Assembly (NCBI GenBank): GCA_033103385.1 | Contig: CP136953.1 | Coordinates: forward strand, 911,839-975,838 | From: Mollicutes bacterium LVI A0039 | Lineage (GTDB): Bacteria; Bacillota_I; Bacilli_A; UBA3375 | Direction: 5' to 3' | DNA: 64,000 nucleotides | Shown: positions 39,613-49,952 of the stretch, one piece after another | Layout of the letters: the number at the start of each line of letters is the position of its first letter | Numbering within the stretch: position 1 is the stretch's first letter | Position numbers and translations under genes: made by a program | Notes under the pieces: generated by a model | The model's input: only the letters and a program-made list of their open reading frames with translations | Told to the model about the DNA's origin: nothing | Database searches by the model: none

Positions 39613-42151
39613 TTTTCTCCTCATCACTATTTGGCTTAATATAAAATGTGCTACACGTTTTAGCAAATAGTTTTATTTGCTCAGATGATATTACTTCTCC
39701 TAAGCAATTTGTCTGAGCAACTATTGTCCAACCTGCAAATGCATCTTTAGCTAATAATTGTTCGGCTCCTCCATTAGTCAATCTAATTAAATATCCTTCT
39801 TCAAAAGATTCAATATTCGACATTGGATATGGTGTTTCAAGATTGATACTGGACTTGTCAATTAAGTCTAGATCACGTAAATCAAATAATTTATTATCTA
39901 AACGGTTGATGAACTTATCTACTAATTGTTTTTGGAAGTAATATGGGGCAGTAGTATGGGCATCAATCAATTGATTTATAGCAACTTCATCTAGCTTTGC
40001 TGCGATGTTAATTGTAAACCTAAATTTTTGAACCCCTAAATACTCTGCCTTTGGTGTTGCAATCATTTTGTGACCAGGACGTTGCGTATCTCCACTAGCA
40101 CGTCCGGGACGACTCAATAAATCACCTTTACCAAATTCACTTGTTGTTGCAAATAAAGTAATTATAAATTCTGAATCATTTACTTGATACTCCTTTGATC
40201 CATAACTTTGAATTGCATATGCATAGTCTTCATTTTGCTTTGCAACAATATTATCAAAAACTTTATTATCCAAATTATCTTCAACGTATCCTCTTTGCTC
40301 AAAGTTAGATATTACTAATTCATGATCTTGGGCAATGTGACTTGTAAATGGTACTGACTGATAATGATTTGGTGTATAGATTCCCGTATCAAAACTAACA
40401 CGTAAACGGTGCGATAAACTTTGGTTGTCAACTTCAATAGCAAAGTCAATTTGTCCATCATTAGTTACATCGAATCTAATTATAACTTTATTGTCAGTGA
40501 ATTTTTGCTTCTTAACTCTTTGTTCTAAGTCACTTGGTAGAGCAAGCGTTAATTCTGCCAGACCATAACCATGACTACCATTACTATACAAATTGCATTT
40601 AGTAACATCAAATATCAATTCCTCATCACCTCTAAGTGGTGAGTAATCATATGTATCTCCATCATTACCGCAGTCATACAATCTAATCCAGTTTGGAATA
40701 AACTTATCGCCGATTGTCATACTAATTTGGTTGTTATCGGCCGCTATTTTAAATTTAGGAGTTTCTAGAGCTGAAACCTTGATAAATTCTTTATAAGGAG
40801 CATCATTAGAACCGATAGTTATAATGTCAAAGTTCATTGGTGATAATTGTTCTTCAATTTTTACATCAAATATATAGTGATATCCTTGCTCTGAAAAATC
40901 AGATACCTTTGATCTATTAACGATACGGTATTTAACGTCTAAACGGATATTTTGACTATAACTTAATACCTTGATATTTTGGTTCGGAACAGTCGCTTTT
41001 GATTGTGGATTAAAGACAATCAATTTCTCTTCAGTTAACTTTAATTGCTCATGAAGACGGTATGCAATCATGTTTTCAATACCATCAACTACTTCTCTTA
41101 CTTCCTTGAATCTGAAAATAATATCTTCATATACTTCATCTGTTACACAACCACCCATTGAATCGTGTGCCTGGTTTTCAAACAGCTTCTTCAAACACCA
41201 TTTGATTAACTCCGTCTCGATTACAATTCCATTTTGCTTCGCAATTGCAATCATTGGGTTAGTTATCTTATAGATTCTATTTTCTAATTCAAAATTCAAT
41301 TGTTTAATATCGTAACGACTTGAACCGATACTACGGTGAACACGATCGTAGCTACCAATTCTTAAGTCGGACTGCAGTTCTTTATAATCCTTATCTGTTA
41401 ACAGGTTAAAAACCTTATCTAAGTCGCTATTAACTAAGTTGTAACTGGCTTCTTCAGAATTCAGTTGATTAATAATTTCGCTATGCTTTGTGTTAATTTC
41501 TGTTTGATCTCCACCACACAAACATACAAAATTTTGACTATCAGTATACTTTTTAATCGTATCAATATATTTAGTTAGCTTTTCACCTTTATCTAATTCT
41601 ACTGCCCCTAATTCTCCATATCCCTTGTATAGGTGGATTGTTTTAACTACTTCTTCATTTAGAGCCTTCCATTTAAAGTATGCACCCGTCTCATGAATAT
41701 CGTAGTCAACACCACGACGAATTACAGCTTTATCAATTCCACAACTCTTTAGTATTGAAGGCATTTGAATATTAAATCCGAAAGTATCAGGCAAATATCC
41801 AATTTCAAAATCACTACCTAAATCTCGTGATATTTCCAGTCCCACTTTTAAATTCTGAATTATCGATTCTGCTCCAACATAAAGACAGTCCGTTTGTGTA
41901 TACCATGGTCCAACAAAAAGCTGCTTATTTGCGATTAAATTCTTAACTCTTTGTTCATAGCTAGGTACAAATTTAAGGAAATCTTCGATTATTGATGATT
42001 GTGCATCTAAAATATATGTTTCTTCTGGATTACGTTCAAGCGTTTCAACTACTCTTTTAAAGGTTTCTGTAAGTAAAACATATGAGTCTCTTGTTGAAAA
42101 GTACCACTCTCGGTCCCAATGTGTATGTCCTATTAAATGTATATTATTCAT
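39605..42151 (-). CDS. GH38 alpha-mannosidase
   Basis: 'NIHLIGHTHWDREWYF' is the GH38 N-terminal metal-binding motif. About 850 aa. Start refined to the MNNIHL ATG (GGAGAG RBS), overlapping the upstream stop (ATGAATAA). Confidence 0.85.
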   Translation of the reverse strand: MNNIHLIGHTHWDREWYFSTRDSYVLLTETFKRVVETLERNPEETYILDAQSSIIEDFLKFVPSYEQRVKNLIANKQLFVGPWYTQTDCLYVGAESIIQNLKVGLEISRDLGSDFEIGYLPDTFGFNIQMPSILKSCGIDKAVIRRGVDYDIHETGAYFKWKALNEEVVKTIHLYKGYGELGAVELDKGEKLTKYIDTIKKYTDSQNFVCLCGGDQTEINTKHSEIINQLNSEEASYNLVNSDLDKVFNLLTDKDYKELQSDLRIGSYDRVHRSIGSSRYDIKQLNFELENRIYKITNPMIAIAKQNGIVIETELIKWCLKKLFENQAHDSMGGCVTDEVYEDIIFRFKEVREVVDGIENMIAYRLHEQLKLTEEKLIVFNPQSKATVPNQNIKVLSYSQNIRLDVKYRIVNRSKVSDFSEQGYHYIFDVKIEEQLSPMNFDIITIGSNDAPYKEFIKVSALETPKFKIAADNNQISMTIGDKFIPNWIRLYDCGNDGDTYDYSPLRGDEELIFDVTKCNLYSNGSHGYGLAELTLALPSDLEQRVKKQKFTDNKVIIRFDVTNDGQIDFAIEVDNQSLSHRLRVSFDTGIYTPNHYQSVPFTSHIAQDHELVISNFEQRGYVEDNLDNKVFDNIVAKQNEDYAYAIQSYGSKEYQVNDSEFIITLFATTSEFGKGDLLSRPGRASGDTQRPGHKMIATPKAEYLGVQKFRFTINIAAKLDEVAINQLIDAHTTAPYYFQKQLVDKFINRLDNKLFDLRDLDLIDKSSINLETPYPMSNIESFEEGYLIRLTNGGAEQLLAKDAFAGWTIVAQTNCLGEVISSEQIKLFAKTCSTFYIKPNSDEEKNA

Positions 42152-45100
42152 TTTCTCTCCAATATGCAACGGTTGAACCCAATAAGTTATTTTCATTAGC
42201 AAAACTACTGGCTTTTACGTTTGATTTAGTATCGTGATAGGGCAATTTTTCATAATAACGATTTAAGCTATCCTTGATTCTATTCATAAACTTTTGATTT
42301 TTGGAAATGGCGCCACCAATTATAATTAATTCTGGATCAACAATATATTGTAAATTGATGATTTGCATCGCAATGATATCTGTTTCCTTTTGCTTTAATG
42401 CTTCAAATTTCGGTTCTTCGCTATCAAAAACATATTCAGCATCAGGAACATTTGGATCTATCTTTTTGGCCTCATGGATGAAATTTGTCATCCCTGTAAC
42501 CGAACCGAATAGATTATACGGCTTCTCATCGCCCAATTGATAATTAAATAGTGGGAAACCAAGTTCTCCGGCAACTAGGTTTGCACCTTTTAATAATTGG
42601 TCATTGATGATAACACCTCCGCCAACTCCACTTCCAATTACAATCGCAGCTAGTGAACTAACATTATTACCACCAAAGTAGTATTCTCCTAGTGCCGAAC
42701 AGTTTCCATCGTTTTCGATATAACATTTAACTCCTGTGATTGATTGTAAGTCACCGATGATATCTTTCCCAATAATATAACTTAAATAGCTCGAACCGAC
42801 AACTTTTCCACCTTTGTAAACCGATGGACAGGAAATGGCTAAGGCAGGAACAACATTTTGCTTATGTTGTTCATAGATACTTGCCATTAATTTTAATAAT
42901 TGATCATATGATTCTGGGCTGGTAACTTTACCATTATCAGACACTTGACCCGCTTTTGAGACTAAACCATATTTTAAGTTCGTTCCTCCGATATCAAACG
43001 CTAGAATTTTATTCATAATTTCCTCACCATTAATTTTTATTAATTGAACTTCAAATTCAATTTCTTCTCCATAAAATACAATTTCTCGATTGGTATTTGC
43101 ACCTGTAATTGTTTTATGGTATTTATTGTTTGTTTTTACTAATACTGTATACTCTCCATCTGAAATAGTAATCACTTCATTATCAAATTTTACATCTACT
43201 TTTGACATTGGAACATACATATGAACTTGTTTGATCCATGAATTATGTAATTGCCATTTAATATTAGCTGTGTTTTCTTCTTGAGTTACCAGTGGGAATA
43301 TTCCATTTCCAGACCAAAATGATGGACGTCCTTCACCAGATGGTAATAATTCACCCGGATGATTTAGCCAAATATGACATTCGTTAGGCATATTGATATG
43401 GAAGACATGTTGCTGAATTCCTCGTTCATTTGCCTTATAATTACATACACTTGCAATCGAAGCATTTGGATATTTGTAAATTTTCGTATTAACTTTTTTA
43501 TAACCTTCAAATTTTTCGATTAGTCCGAGCTTTTCCTGAAAATCATAATGGTAATCAGTAATCAAGTATAGACTGACTGCTCTAGAACTCCAGTTTATAT
43601 ATCCTTTGTTCCACATTATCCAAGAGATAAATGATAGTTCACCAAATTCAAAGGCTTTAAGTTCCGTCTCATAAACACGTCCAAATGATGATGCCATTGT
43701 TTTATTAGTTAGGTTATTAGCAATTGTCTCAAAACAATAATCAAGTGCCTTTGTAGCTAGAGATTTGATTTCCACATCAAAGTTTTGGTGATATAAAACA
43801 AATAAGGCATTTAAATCAATCGGAATATATGTTGTCGAGTTCCATTCTGCAAGACCATACTCAATAAAGTGATCGAACCAAGCCATTAATCGTTCTTTAG
43901 CCTCTGCGCGGTGCTCTTCACCGAACTTACCAGAATTACTGAACTTACTTGTCATAAATGTGTCACCTGCCATAAATTGCGCAGTGTGGAAGTTTAATCC
44001 ATGATTCTCACTAAAGTACCACATTGCATCTACTCCCGGCTCATTACACCAGTATCTAAAATCAAGGATTGCATCCTCTATTTGTTTCTTTAGACTGGAA
44101 TCAATGATATCTTTAAAGTCACGGTATAACTGAATTAGACCGATTACTTCAAAATCAGCACAGTCATCACGGTTATTGATAAATTGTAATTGTTCATCTA
44201 ACTTTTTCTGGTTCGCTGATGAAATCGAACCATTAATTGCCAGGTCACAATAAACACGCATAACTGTTGTACGACCATTCTCACTTATATACTTGCGAGC
44301 AAATGCCTTACGCTCTTCAATTTGATCAATTTCCGGATCGACCATTGTATATTTTGATAAATACAGTCGTCTTACCATAAACATGTCTTCTTTTTCAAAC
44401 TTAAATAACATAAATGATGTAAAGTCAGCAAGCGTACCAAAATCCACTTCAACCACATTGCTATCCTTTTTAAACAGAACATCGATCTTGTAATCAAGCG
44501 TACTTTGGATTGGGTTACATTCATCTTCTTTTTCAAGTGCATCATATGGTAATTCATTGTGTCTAATCGCTAAACTTAATGTTCTATCTCTAGTCATCAT
44601 TTGATTATCATATTTAATAACAGCTATCCCACTATTAATTGTTTCATCTTGAAAGTAAATTGAACTTAATAGCGATGAAACTTCATCATACTCTTGTAAA
44701 TCGCTAATATCGATCTCCGTTGTTAAATTAGTATCCGTAAGTAAGATTGTTTCAAATGAGAAGTTGATATCACGTTCAGCAATATCACGAATATGAATTT
44801 CCATTTTATTCTCACCTTTTTTTAATGGCAACTTTACTATTGTTGATTCCGGATGAATTCTAGTAAAAGGTGAGAAGCGCGAAACTTCTACATCATTTAA
44901 ATATACCGAGGAATCACCACATACACGTAATTCAATTTCTACTTCATGATCTGCTTCAGAAATAATAGTACAGTATCCACTTGATTCCATCATGTAAGGT
45001 TGTCCGAGGAATGTTGAGTAATCGACTTTATTACTTTCAAATGGTGTATAAACATATTTGGGCTCTAATCGATTTAAACTTGTATTTTTACTATATTCTT

Positions 45101-45266
45101 CAAATTCTTTACGAACTGGATACATAATTGGAATATAGATATCTTTTAGATTTACAAAGCCTTCAAAGGTTTGGGGACTTGATTGGATGAAGCGTTCTTT
45201 TTTCAAAAATGATACGTTATAATTGATCAGTGATTGACCTTGATTATAATTTTTTATTATTTTCAT
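42144..45266 (-). CDS. Large uncharacterised glycan-active protein, paralog B, fused in frame to a C-terminal ROK-like sugar-kinase (ASKHA) domain lacking the canonical Zn-Cys motif
   Basis: N-terminal about 750 aa paralogous to paralog A. The C-terminal about 300 aa has 'ILAFDIGGTNLKYGLVS', 'IENDGNCSALGE', 'AGELGF' (ROK-like) but no CxCGxxGCxE. Start refined to the MKIIKNYNQ ATG (AAAGAGG RBS). Confidence 0.65.
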   Translation of the reverse strand: MKIIKNYNQGQSLINYNVSFLKKERFIQSSPQTFEGFVNLKDIYIPIMYPVRKEFEEYSKNTSLNRLEPKYVYTPFESNKVDYSTFLGQPYMMESSGYCTIISEADHEVEIELRVCGDSSVYLNDVEVSRFSPFTRIHPESTIVKLPLKKGENKMEIHIRDIAERDINFSFETILLTDTNLTTEIDISDLQEYDEVSSLLSSIYFQDETINSGIAVIKYDNQMMTRDRTLSLAIRHNELPYDALEKEDECNPIQSTLDYKIDVLFKKDSNVVEVDFGTLADFTSFMLFKFEKEDMFMVRRLYLSKYTMVDPEIDQIEERKAFARKYISENGRTTVMRVYCDLAINGSISSANQKKLDEQLQFINNRDDCADFEVIGLIQLYRDFKDIIDSSLKKQIEDAILDFRYWCNEPGVDAMWYFSENHGLNFHTAQFMAGDTFMTSKFSNSGKFGEEHRAEAKERLMAWFDHFIEYGLAEWNSTTYIPIDLNALFVLYHQNFDVEIKSLATKALDYCFETIANNLTNKTMASSFGRVYETELKAFEFGELSFISWIMWNKGYINWSSRAVSLYLITDYHYDFQEKLGLIEKFEGYKKVNTKIYKYPNASIASVCNYKANERGIQQHVFHINMPNECHIWLNHPGELLPSGEGRPSFWSGNGIFPLVTQEENTANIKWQLHNSWIKQVHMYVPMSKVDVKFDNEVITISDGEYTVLVKTNNKYHKTITGANTNREIVFYGEEIEFEVQLIKINGEEIMNKILAFDIGGTNLKYGLVSKAGQVSDNGKVTSPESYDQLLKLMASIYEQHKQNVVPALAISCPSVYKGGKVVGSSYLSYIIGKDIIGDLQSITGVKCYIENDGNCSALGEYYFGGNNVSSLAAIVIGSGVGGGVIINDQLLKGANLVAGELGFPLFNYQLGDEKPYNLFGSVTGMTNFIHEAKKIDPNVPDAEYVFDSEEPKFEALKQKETDIIAMQIINLQYIVDPELIIIGGAISKNQKFMNRIKDSLNRYYEKLPYHDTKSNVKASSFANENNLLGSTVAYWRENE

Positions 45267-45355
45267 TTTATGGACCTCTTTTATTTTATTTGGAATATAC
45301 ATAATATATTATGATATAATTTATGTAAAATTCAGTTTATGAATTGGGAGATGAT

Positions 45356-46063
45356 ATGTCAAAAAAGCTGATTGAAACTATAAAAAATGATTTAAATACA
45401 TATGGAAAATCACACCAACATATCGCTAAATTTATCATTAATAATGCTGATAGTGTACCAAATATGACAATCAGTGCATTAGCCAAAAGTGCTTATTGCT
45501 CTCCATCTTCTGTTTCCCGTTTCATCAATAAACTTGGGTATGATTCTTACTTTGAATTCTGTCACGTCTTAAAGTCAAGTGATGCCACTGATCATCCTCA
45601 TACGGCATTACTAAATTCATTTCACGTAATTCACAATAACATTAACGATAATATTGAAACAATCGCCAATAAACTAAATGAATACAATAATATATTCATC
45701 ATGAGCAGTATTGATTCAAAAACAATTCAGGATTTCTCCATCAATATTAGTAACTTATTAGATACATCTGTTTATTACTCATCGGATATAAATAATAACA
45801 TCAAGATTGTCTCACTTATAGGTGAAAATGACTTATGTATCTATGTACACAATAGTGAAAGACTTGACATTACTGTCAACCTAGACAATACCGTCAATTT
45901 ACTATTAATATCATATTATCAGGACTTATCAAGATCTGTTTACCAAGATACTTCCTTAGATTTTTCTTCGTTATTTAACCAATATAAACATCTAAATAAG
46001 TACTTTAAATTGTATATATTTGATATTATTTTTGAAAATTTTCTAAAAAAAAACAGCAAGTAA
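45356..46063 (+). CDS. RpiR/MurR-family transcriptional regulator (HTH plus a degenerate SIS-like domain)
   Basis: 'SALAKSAYCSPSSVSRFINKLGYDSY' RpiR-type HTH. Start refined to the ATG after the GGGAGA RBS. Divergent from the paralog-B operon. Confidence 0.65.
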   Translation: MSKKLIETIKNDLNTYGKSHQHIAKFIINNADSVPNMTISALAKSAYCSPSSVSRFINKLGYDSYFEFCHVLKSSDATDHPHTALLNSFHVIHNNINDNIETIANKLNEYNNIFIMSSIDSKTIQDFSINISNLLDTSVYYSSDINNNIKIVSLIGENDLCIYVHNSERLDITVNLDNTVNLLLISYYQDLSRSVYQDTSLDFSSLFNQYKHLNKYFKLYIFDIIFENFLKKNSK

Positions 46064-46072
46064 TTGCAGGTT

Positions 46073-46468
46073 TTAATTTTTTAAATTTGTCTGTGATATA
46101 GGGATATAGTCTAAACTGACACAGTATCCACCATTTCCTAAGTGAAAGTCAAATTGCATAAAGTTACGTTTACTAATTTCTACTTCAAACCTTAAAATTT
46201 CTGGTCGAACATCGATGTATGTCACTTTCCCACTTGGACATGTTTTAGCATAAATCATAAACTTGTGTATTTCATCGAGAATATATGAGTCTTTATTTAT
46301 ATGAAACTCTTCAGTAAATGAATTAGTTAATATCTTTAGTAGTGTTGACGTATAGTCATCAAGTTTTTCGTAATCCACATTATCTACTGCGAATGGATAC
46401 CTATCACCAAGTAGCTTTGCAAGCCCCTTTGCATCTTGATTTTCAACTAATTGATTATATGTTTTCAT
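46073..46468 (-). CDS. Hypothetical protein (131 aa), last gene of the ABC operon
   Basis: ORF with coding-like composition. No recognisable motif. Confidence 0.4.
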   Translation of the reverse strand: MKTYNQLVENQDAKGLAKLLGDRYPFAVDNVDYEKLDDYTSTLLKILTNSFTEEFHINKDSYILDEIHKFMIYAKTCPSGKVTYIDVRPEILRFEVEISKRNFMQFDFHLGNGGYCVSLDYIPISQTNLKN

Positions 46469-46469
46469 G

Positions 46470-47057
46470 TTATGCTCCCTGTAACTTATTAATGTACTTT
46501 GAAATAATTTTCTTCTGAATTATCATCAAAACTAGAATATATCCAGCTGGAATAAAGAATAGGTAATAATACGCACCATTAAAGAATGTTAAGACGATAA
46601 CTAATAGTACGATGTAACCTATAACTCCTAAAAGTAAACTACGAATCGCCATATTAAAGGCTAACATATATTTGTGCGTAGTTGTATATTCGTAATTTAA
46701 ATATATTATCCAGAATGAGATTTCAAACATAATTAAAAATGAATTTAGAGCAATCGATACAATTTGTAAAGTATCTTTAAGTGAAATTGAAATTAGCAAC
46801 AGGATTCCAACAAATATTAAGTGGAAAATGTTATTAGTAAGTATATCTATGAAGTTGTCTTTAAGCATCTTCAAGCCATTTACTATGGACCCTGAATCAT
46901 CTTGATTAAAATAGTTTTTATCTAACTCGTTTGTTAAAATCGAACCGATTGAAAACGCTAGCGTTCCAAGAGATACAACTGACACTAGAATTATAACTAA
47001 ATTTGTAATGATTAAATCAAAGACAAAGTTTCCTGCTGACTGAATTTCTTCTTTCAT
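46470..47057 (-). CDS. YesL-like (DUF624) small integral membrane protein
   Basis: About 195 aa with 4-6 TM. Typical accessory of CUT1 sugar ABC operons in Firmicutes (B. subtilis yes locus). Confidence 0.55.
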   Translation of the reverse strand: MKEEIQSAGNFVFDLIITNLVIILVSVVSLGTLAFSIGSILTNELDKNYFNQDDSGSIVNGLKMLKDNFIDILTNNIFHLIFVGILLLISISLKDTLQIVSIALNSFLIMFEISFWIIYLNYEYTTTHKYMLAFNMAIRSLLLGVIGYIVLLVIVLTFFNGAYYYLFFIPAGYILVLMIIQKKIISKYINKLQGA

Positions 47058-47059
47058 TT

Positions 47060-48226
47060 TTACCCTTTCATAATAAGTGGGTTACTGATATAAATGTATT
47101 CGCGATCACGCTTCGTGCTTGTACACAATGTTATAACTAGGTAACCATCAATTTTACTTTCGTCAATTTCGACGACAGTATCTGCTGTTACCTCAATACT
47201 TGTACATTTATAGCGTTCGTATTTATATAAGTAGACCGTTTCTTTTACGTTTTTAATAGCTATTTTATTATTATCAAAGCTAACTTCGATGTCGGTGTTA
47301 GAAATAGCATTATTTCCTGTAAGAGCTGCCTCTAAGATCCCCGAAGTTGATTTAAACCTCGAGGTAATTATATTCGTTGGAATATAAATTTGTTTACCTT
47401 CATCCTCAAAGTGAAAGTCACTTCCTCCAATTGCCGGAATATATTTCCCACTATTTAGGATATCTAACCACCACTCAAATGCAACACGATTGTGCATTCC
47501 CCATGGTCCATTCCAAATTTCAACTAAATCAGGTGTAAGTTCCATAATCGGAACCATCCAAGATCTCGATTTAGGTGAAAATGGGTGATTGGCGACAAAC
47601 GTCGCCCCATTTGATTGAGCTTCTCTAATTTTAGCTAACTCATCTTCATAAGTGACAACTCTACAGTTGCTAATTGCTTGCTTCTTACCTAATAAGTTAC
47701 AGTGACCAAATTTGTTGGTTAGTTCCATCCCCGGAATGATGATACTGTCCGTTTCTGGATGCTTTGCAAAATTGGCTGCATGTGAGTTGTGATCCGTTAG
47801 TGTGATAAAATCGAGGTTTGCTGCTTCCGCCATCTCTACTAGTTCACTGATAGTGTGACGTCCATCCCCACTTGAGTTAGTGTGAGCGTGAAAGTCACCA
47901 CGTAGAATTACTGGTTTTAAAATAGTGTTTGCCTCAAAATCAACTGTAACCTTTTGACTTCCGTCAATGATATAGATACAAATACTCAGTTCTTCTACTG
48001 TACCTGCTACTAGCGAGCTGAAATCAATAAGTTCTTCAAGATTCATTACATGATTCGTGTATACACACTCTTCTTCGTGCAAAATCTGAATATAAACATT
48101 GTTATCTGCTTTTAGATTTACTTGTATCATGTTGAACTTCTTAAAATTAATTGTCATGAACTCTGTCATTTTATTTGCATGTAATGAAAACTTGCTTAAC
48201 ATATTACTCCTTAACTCCTCCGACAT
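47060..48226 (-). CDS. PHP-domain (CehA/McbA-like) metal-dependent phosphoesterase
   Basis: 'LRGDFHAHTNSSGDGRHTISELVE...DFITLTDHNS' plus downstream 'ANHPF', 'GGSDFH' His/Asp ligand motifs of the PHP fold. Extra N- and C-terminal beta-rich regions. Confidence 0.7.
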   Translation of the reverse strand: MSEELRSNMLSKFSLHANKMTEFMTINFKKFNMIQVNLKADNNVYIQILHEEECVYTNHVMNLEELIDFSSLVAGTVEELSICIYIIDGSQKVTVDFEANTILKPVILRGDFHAHTNSSGDGRHTISELVEMAEAANLDFITLTDHNSHAANFAKHPETDSIIIPGMELTNKFGHCNLLGKKQAISNCRVVTYEDELAKIREAQSNGATFVANHPFSPKSRSWMVPIMELTPDLVEIWNGPWGMHNRVAFEWWLDILNSGKYIPAIGGSDFHFEDEGKQIYIPTNIITSRFKSTSGILEAALTGNNAISNTDIEVSFDNNKIAIKNVKETVYLYKYERYKCTSIEVTADTVVEIDESKIDGYLVITLCTSTKRDREYIYISNPLIMKG

Positions 48227-49052
48227 TCATACCACCAACAAATTGTTTTTGGAACATAAAGTATAGTATTACAATTGGTAAAATACCAATTACAATAACT
48301 GCCATTTCAAGGTTTGGATAAATCATGAATGTACTTTGTCCTCCACCTGTTGGTAATACTAATTCCTTAATTGCTTGTTGGATTAAATACTTATTTGGAT
48401 CTGTTAATAATAGAAGAGCACTTGAATACTCATTCCATCTTGTAACGATATCAAATAGCATAACAACTAGGAATCCATTTTTTGCTAAAGGCACGTATAT
48501 CTTATAGTATATCTTAAATTCTGATGCTCCGTCAATTCTTGCCGATTCTGCCAAAGAAAATGATATTGATTTGAAATAGTTTTCAAGTAAGAGAATTGAA
48601 AAACCACTTGCTAAACTTATTAAGATAATTGACCATAAATTATTAATCATTCCGAGGTTTTGGAACATTAAGAACCGCGGAATCATAATTGCTTCTGCTG
48701 GAACCATCATTGTAATCATAAAGAAGATGGCAATAAATTTCCCTCCAGGTAGTTTGGTTTGAATTAACCCATAACCTGCTAATGATACGATTAACATGTG
48801 AAGTAATGTACCAATACTCGTTACAAATAATGTATTTATAAGCGGTCTAATAATGTTTGCATCTTCAAACACTGCTTTGTATCCCTCTAATGAAAAGTCT
48901 GCTGGAATAAAATAGTTTGATGGTGACAACGATTCAGCATTCGACATGAAAGAGATTGAAATTGCGGTCCATACCGGCATTGCAATGAAGATGAATAAAC
49001 CGATCATTACGATTAAAATAAATACTTGTTCAAAATTTAATTTCTTTTTCAT
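48204..49052 (-). CDS. CUT1 carbohydrate ABC transporter permease
   Basis: 6 TM. EAA loop 'ESARIDGASEFKIYYKIYVPLAKNG'. Confidence 0.85.
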   Translation of the reverse strand: MKKKLNFEQVFILIVMIGLFIFIAMPVWTAISISFMSNAESLSPSNYFIPADFSLEGYKAVFEDANIIRPLINTLFVTSIGTLLHMLIVSLAGYGLIQTKLPGGKFIAIFFMITMMVPAEAIMIPRFLMFQNLGMINNLWSIILISLASGFSILLLENYFKSISFSLAESARIDGASEFKIYYKIYVPLAKNGFLVVMLFDIVTRWNEYSSALLLLTDPNKYLIQQAIKELVLPTGGGQSTFMIYPNLEMAVIVIGILPIVILYFMFQKQFVGGMNVGGVKE

Positions 49053-49053
49053 A

Positions 49054-49941
49054 TTAATACCTTATAACCTTTCTCACAATTAACGATACAATCAAAGTTG
49101 TGAAGAATACAATTGTAGCTGATGCTACTGACATACCAATATCAAATTCTAAAATACCAACTTGATATGTATACACCATTAGTGTTCTTACATACTCTGC
49201 ATTGTTTGGTGTTGTTAATAAGAATGAAAGTGAGAATGTCTTGAATATTGACATTACTGCTAATAAAGTTACTGTTTTCATCATCGTACTAACACCAGGA
49301 ATTGTAATATATCTTACTTGTTGGAACCATGTTGCACCATCTATTTTTGCAGCCTCATATAATGATGGATCTATTGCTAATAACGCTGCAGAATACATGA
49401 TTACATAGTACCCGATTGTTCTCCAAATTTGAATAATAATAAATAGTGGTCGCGCCAATCCTGGAGCTGCCATTAAATTTTCCGGTATTGGCGTTAATCC
49501 TAAACTATATGCCAAATCACTAATAGGTCCACCTGCACCAAGTAAATTTGCAAAAATACCAACGATAATTACTGTTGATAGTAATTTTGGTAAATAAACT
49601 GTTGTATGTAATAAGTTCCTAGCTCTTTTAAAGATAGTTTCATTTAAAATTATTGCAATAAATAGTGGCAGGAAAACATCCGCCACTACTGTTATACTTG
49701 CAAATATTACTGTATTTATCATCGCCTCGTGGAACTTAGGGTCAGTAAGTACTTTTATGTAATTACTTAATCCGACAAATCCACTAGGACCTAATAAACC
49801 GTAGTCTTGAAAACTAAAAACTATTCCTTGAGCAAAAGGATACATAACAAAAATTAAAAAGAATAAGATAGCTGGTGTTAAAAATATATAATACATCATG
49901 TTATCTTTTATTTTAATACTTAAACTCTTTGTTTGCATCAT
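49054..49941 (-). CDS. CUT1 carbohydrate ABC transporter permease
   Basis: 6 TM. EAA loop 'EAAKIDGATWFQQVRYITIPGV'. Confidence 0.85.
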   Translation of the reverse strand: MMQTKSLSIKIKDNMMYYIFLTPAILFFLIFVMYPFAQGIVFSFQDYGLLGPSGFVGLSNYIKVLTDPKFHEAMINTVIFASITVVADVFLPLFIAIILNETIFKRARNLLHTTVYLPKLLSTVIIVGIFANLLGAGGPISDLAYSLGLTPIPENLMAAPGLARPLFIIIQIWRTIGYYVIMYSAALLAIDPSLYEAAKIDGATWFQQVRYITIPGVSTMMKTVTLLAVMSIFKTFSLSFLLTTPNNAEYVRTLMVYTYQVGILEFDIGMSVASATIVFFTTLIVSLIVRKVIRY

Positions 49942-49952
49942 TCCCCTTTATC

